Part shown: in pieces, positions 59,401 through 63,092 of the stretch | Layout of the letters: each line of letters opens with the position of its first letter | Numbering within the stretch: the first letter of the stretch is position 1 | NCBI GenBank assembly: GCA_021129775.1 | Contig: JAJOKP010000043.1 | Location: forward strand, 1 to 63,092 | Length of the DNA: 63,092 nt | Reading direction: 5' to 3' | Source: Clostridiales bacterium | GTDB lineage: Bacteria; Bacillota; Clostridia; Peptostreptococcales; NVVX01 | Position numbers and translations under genes: made by a program | The notes under the pieces: model-generated | The model's input: the letters and a program-made list of their open reading frames with translations, nothing else | Told to the model about the DNA's origin: nothing | Database searches by the model: none

Positions 59401-59988
59401 TTATTCACTCCCTCTCACTGTAGTTGTTCTTGGTAATGCCATTAAATCGGAAGATTTGTCTAGAAAATACATCTCAATACCAAGGGGATATTCGTCGTTT
59501 TTTTTGCTTCTTATATCGATCCATCTATCGAAATAATCCATATAGATAATTTTATGTCCTTTGATACCAGGCCCTGAACTCAAATTTGCCTCTCCTTGAC
59601 TAACACTTTCTACCTCGCAGATTACAGTAGCTGAAAGATGAGGATTAATCAAAGTTCCAATTTTTGCTTCCATCAACGCTTCATCTTTCTCACTATTAGA
59701 AGCTGAAGCCAGAACAAAAATAAAATCTGCTTCGCTAACTGAAACTGATTTAGCGTAGGTCAGTCTAGCTATTAAATCACTCGCTTTTCCTTCAACATCA
59801 CCAGCAACAAAATAACTTACTTCTGCATCAAGTAGCATATAAACCATAATTATTGTGGCTTCATAAAAAGGTAGTATTAATTTATTGTTTTTAATGGATT
59901 TAGTAAGAGAGTAAATATCTCCTGGATAACTATTCGCTTTCACTAATTTGCGGTAACTATAAGCAACATCATGAATCAAATCTATCAT
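59401..59988 (-). CDS. phnH: C-P lyase subunit PhnH
   Basis: GTLINPHLSAT, GPGI, YPLGIE, ALPRTT. Confidence 0.93.
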   Translation of the reverse strand: MIDLIHDVAYSYRKLVKANSYPGDIYSLTKSIKNNKLILPFYEATIIMVYMLLDAEVSYFVAGDVEGKASDLIARLTYAKSVSVSEADFIFVLASASNSEKDEALMEAKIGTLINPHLSATVICEVESVSQGEANLSSGPGIKGHKIIYMDYFDRWIDIRSKKNDEYPLGIEMYFLDKSSDLMALPRTTTVRGSE

Positions 59989-60423
59989 TTAAGCCTTAAC
60001 CTCCTCATCAAGAGTTTCAAAATCAACTTTTGTCTTTAAAATTTGTTTGCAAATCAATGCTTTTTTTTCATCTATTTTCAATTTTTCTTCTTTAATCATA
60101 AGATCCAAATCTTTTGTTTCCCTTACCTTTGCATTATACGCTGCATCAATAATTGCCAAGTAGTTGGCTCTTTTTTTATGTGCCCCTTTTATAATCCCGA
60201 GTCCAATAACCCCATCTAACATAACCTTGCATTCAGTTACAAATACTTCACCTAAATAGAATAAATGTTTTTGGGCGCTTTCTCTCATTTTCACCATAAT
60301 TAGACCACTATTAGGTTCTTCAAGTATCTCAATATTGTGCTTGTTTTCTATGATTTTTGCCATTTCTTCTAGTTTTTCTATATCACAGTCTATTAAAATT
60401 TCCGTTCTTTGTTTTCGTCTCAT
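59989..60423 (-). CDS. phnG: C-P lyase subunit PhnG
   Basis: GLIMVKMRE, FYLGEVFVTEC, AIIDA, TKVDF. Confidence 0.93.
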   Translation of the reverse strand: MRRKQRTEILIDCDIEKLEEMAKIIENKHNIEILEEPNSGLIMVKMRESAQKHLFYLGEVFVTECKVMLDGVIGLGIIKGAHKKRANYLAIIDAAYNAKVRETKDLDLMIKEEKLKIDEKKALICKQILKTKVDFETLDEEVKA

Positions 60424-60518
60424 TATTATCTCTCTTTCTATCTTGATTTTCTATTTATAACTAACAAAAGCAAAATTCTTTCCTTTAAATAAATACTATC
60501 TTGGCGCCAAGTTAGTAA

Positions 60519-60579
60519 TGTTAAGAAGAAGTTAATTCTATTTAAAGCTTGCATTAAGAACGTGTAAATAACTTGTTAA
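60519..60579 (-). promoter_or_regulatory. Six tandem PhoP boxes upstream of phnG
   Basis: TTAACA, TTTACA, TTAATG, TTTAAA, TTAACT, TTAACA at exact 11-bp period; TAGTAT -10 candidate at 60493-60498. Confidence 0.8.
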
Positions 60580-60739
60580 TAAATAATGCGCCTCACTCAC
60601 ATGACTAGAAATCACGTGAACGAGACGCTTTCTTTTAATTAAAACCTGAAACCAATTTCTTCTAATTTATATTTAATTAATTAATACTTAAATCCATTAA
60701 AACTTGATTTTAAGTAGCACTGTTGCGTTAAAAGATTGC

Positions 60740-61454
60740 CTACCACTTTGGCTGTAATCGGTAAACAAAACGATCTCCACGATAAACAATTTTGGTAATT
60801 TCTAATATTTCATTAGTTGCTTTGTCCATACACTGAGATTCAAGAAGAAGAATAGGCACTAAACTCGGACATTTCAGCACTTCTCTTTCATATCTAGACG
60901 GTAATAGCGTTTGAAGATCTGATTGTTTATAATAAAAACTGCTATATCCATGTTCTTTATAATACCTAAACATTGAAGTTATTGTTGGTCCATCTTTTTC
61001 AATCTCCTTGAATAATTTGTTAGATACATAGGAAGTATGTAATGCGACCTCTTCATCATTTATGATACGGAGCCTTGAAATTTTGAATATTCGATCTTCC
61101 ATGCTAATATGCAACTTTTTTCTAATTCTAGAATCATTTTTTAGCTCAGTAAAATCAATATTAATAGTTTCAAGCTTGTGCCTATTTTTTCCCATTTTTT
61201 TCGGTAAAACTAGTGTCACCTTCTAACAATAGCTCTATTCTATCATGCTTTGATTTATAATAATGCCCTTTACCTTGTTTTGAATAAACATAACCCATTT
61301 CTGTTAACCTTTCATATGCTTTTCGCACATCATGTCTAGTAGAGCTGTATATCTTAGTTAGTTTATTTTCACTAGCCAACTGCCCATCAACTGCATATTC
61401 ACCATTTCTAATACTTTCTACAATATCATCAACTATTTTCATCCATACAGCCAT
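60740..61454 (-). pseudogene. phnF: GntR/UTRA regulator PhnF, +1 frameshift in A7 run (61195-61201)
   Basis: HTH (LASENKL...VRKAY..L...G...KQGKG) and UTRA halves join as SFTEKMGKNRH if one A is removed. Confidence 0.8.
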
Positions 61455-61492
61455 AGTATTCTCCTTCCATAACTAAGCCAAATCATCAACGA

Positions 61493-62685
61493 CTACTCAT
61501 TCAATTCGATTTGTTTTTTGATTCCTATGTCTTCGATAACCTCGGCCCATAACTGGGCTTGCATATAATCACCAATCACCTTAAATTCAATCTTTGTATC
61601 TACTATTTCACTTTCTTTCGAAACTTTACTCTCTAGAACTTCTAAAAGTACTTTATGAAGGGCTTCTCTTACATTTTCATGTTCTAGCCTTCTTGTCACT
61701 TCGATTACTTCAAAGTGTTCTATATGTATTGCTTCTACAAAGATTTCTCTATTCCTGCAATTTACTATTTCGTAATTTTTCTTTTCTGTAATGTATTTAT
61801 CAAACTTAACTTCTTCTTTACCAATGTTGTATTCCGTCTCACCTAAAAAAACAATTATTTCACTAAGTCTATTTCCAGTTTTTTTCTGCACTATTTTAAA
61901 CAATGGGTGTGTTTCTTCTAACTCATAATATGTTCTTGCATATACTTCACCAAATGCATGTGTAAGTATCAATTTATAAATATTCTCCCTAAATAAAACG
62001 CCAGATATCAACAAGTCTCCCTCTGCAACAATATCACCTTTTTTAACTACTGCATCTCCACCACGTGCAATTATGCTCTCAATAACGCCATTCTTTCTTG
62101 CCACAACATTAGCTGGAATATTTTTGTCTGCTCTATTAGGCGAAGGAACTTTCTCCGATATTTTAATTTCAGCGTAAACGCCTCTAATTTCAATACCCAC
62201 CCACGCCAATTCTGGAATATGTATCATTAAAAAATTCTCAATTGCCCTCAAGTCAATATTATGATGCCTTACTCCAGTTTTAAACCCCACTTCTTCTAAT
62301 TTCATCAAAACATTTTCTCTGCAAATTATATCATTACCTACTACATCAATCCTAAATATAAATCCGGAAAGGTAAAATAAAACAATAAAAGAAAAAAATG
62401 CCCAACTACTAGCATTTTTCTTTTTAAAAATTTATTTGTCCATTTTTTGTAGCTGTTCTCTTCAATAATACTGACTCGAAATCCATATCTCTTATAGAAT
62501 TCAACTAGCTTTTTATAGTTTTTTAAGTTGATTTTAAATTCTAACAGGGTATATTTTTCACGTTTTACATCCCAAATATCAATTCCCTTACTAATACATA
62601 AATTTAATATCTTCTCTAAAGCTAGTCCTTCTAACCTGACAGTTACAAAATTTTTAAAACATTTTCGAAGTCGCACTGGTAACAC
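61493..62685 (-). pseudogene. yqfD: Sporulation protein YqfD, -1 frameshift near 62392-62403
   Basis: Two ORFs join via GAFFSFIVLFYLSGFIFRIDVVGN; WVGIEIRG, VVARKNGVI, GDLLISG. Confidence 0.8.
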
Positions 62686-62693
62686 TTCCTTTT

Positions 62694-62966
62694 TTAGGTT
62701 GAAAATATCAATCTCTCAATTTTACCGTTGATTGCTATTTCATCTGACGATATGCTCTTTAAATGTAGTTTTTCTCCTTCAATCGCTAATATTCCGTACC
62801 TAGTACTAATACGCATTTTTTTTTCTGTATATTCAATGATTCCCTTATGATTTTCAATGAAAATTTGAAGGTTCCCAATCATAACTACTTTAGATGTATC
62901 TAACATTATATCTTTCGGAAATTCTAAAAGTTCTGCAATAGATTCTTTTGCTTCATAGCTCTTCAT
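62694..62966 (-). CDS. yqfC: Sporulation protein YqfC (YabP family)
   Basis: LEFPKDIM, IFIENHKGIIEY, IEGEKLHL; upstream of yqfD. Confidence 0.9.
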   Translation of the reverse strand: MKSYEAKESIAELLEFPKDIMLDTSKVVMIGNLQIFIENHKGIIEYTEKKMRISTRYGILAIEGEKLHLKSISSDEIAINGKIERLIFST

Positions 62967-62990
62967 TAAAAGACACACCCCCATATACAA

Positions 62991-63018
62991 ATATTATGCC
63001 TTTCAAGTACATATAGAC
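62991..63018 (-). promoter_or_regulatory. Sigma-E-like promoter of yqfCD
   Basis: GTCTATA-N13-CATAATAT; yqfCD is a sigmaE target in B. subtilis. Confidence 0.5.
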
Positions 63019-63092
63019 CTAAAAAAGGACCTACATATTAGGGCTTGTGATAAAATAAGCTGTGCAATGTTGCGAAGGATTTTCGTTCATAA

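Noticed and set aside
517-62731. Numerous plus-strand ORFs of 60-220 aa in the ORF track (e.g. 4825-5178, 28036-28650, 51605-52267)
   Set aside because: Antisense shadows of well-recognised minus-strand genes; no RBS or recognisable motifs.

Overview
AT-rich Firmicutes (Clostridia, Peptostreptococcales/Alkaliphilus-like by gene order; inferred) chromosomal segment, almost entirely encoded on the minus strand. From right to left in transcription order: yqfC-yqfD (frameshifted); an inserted ~12 kb C-P lyase phosphonate island (phnF[frameshifted]-GHIJKM-acetyltransferase-L-D-C-E-E-PHP) with six phased PhoP boxes; phoH-pgpH-ybeY-dgkA-DUF502-DUF3048-cdd-era-recO; a small patch of decayed genes with a MITE; M23 peptidase; rnc-smc-ftsY; an accessory block (PPi-PFK, sigma54 promoter, MCP, HD-GYP, orphan VbhA-like antitoxin, ogt); ylxM-ffh-rpsP-khpA-rimM-trmD-rplS-rbgA-rnhB-yraN; glutamate 2,3-aminomutase (the only clear plus-strand gene); plsC-like-dprA-topA-codY; and the flagellar flgB to flgE operon. 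The most notable non-coding finding is a 284-bp protein-free IS200/IS605 element (20062-20345) with intact LE/RE hairpins obeying the IS608 guide/cleavage pairing rules, an internal promoter and a TnpB omegaRNA-like scaffold, sitting exactly between the -35 and -10 boxes of the rplS promoter. Also present are several REP/REPIN palindrome families with flanking micro-duplications, a structured RNA between the TIGR02530 gene and flgE, and a 29-bp repeat pair with a 36-bp spacer. Family assignments come from recognising motifs and gene context by eye; no searches were run.
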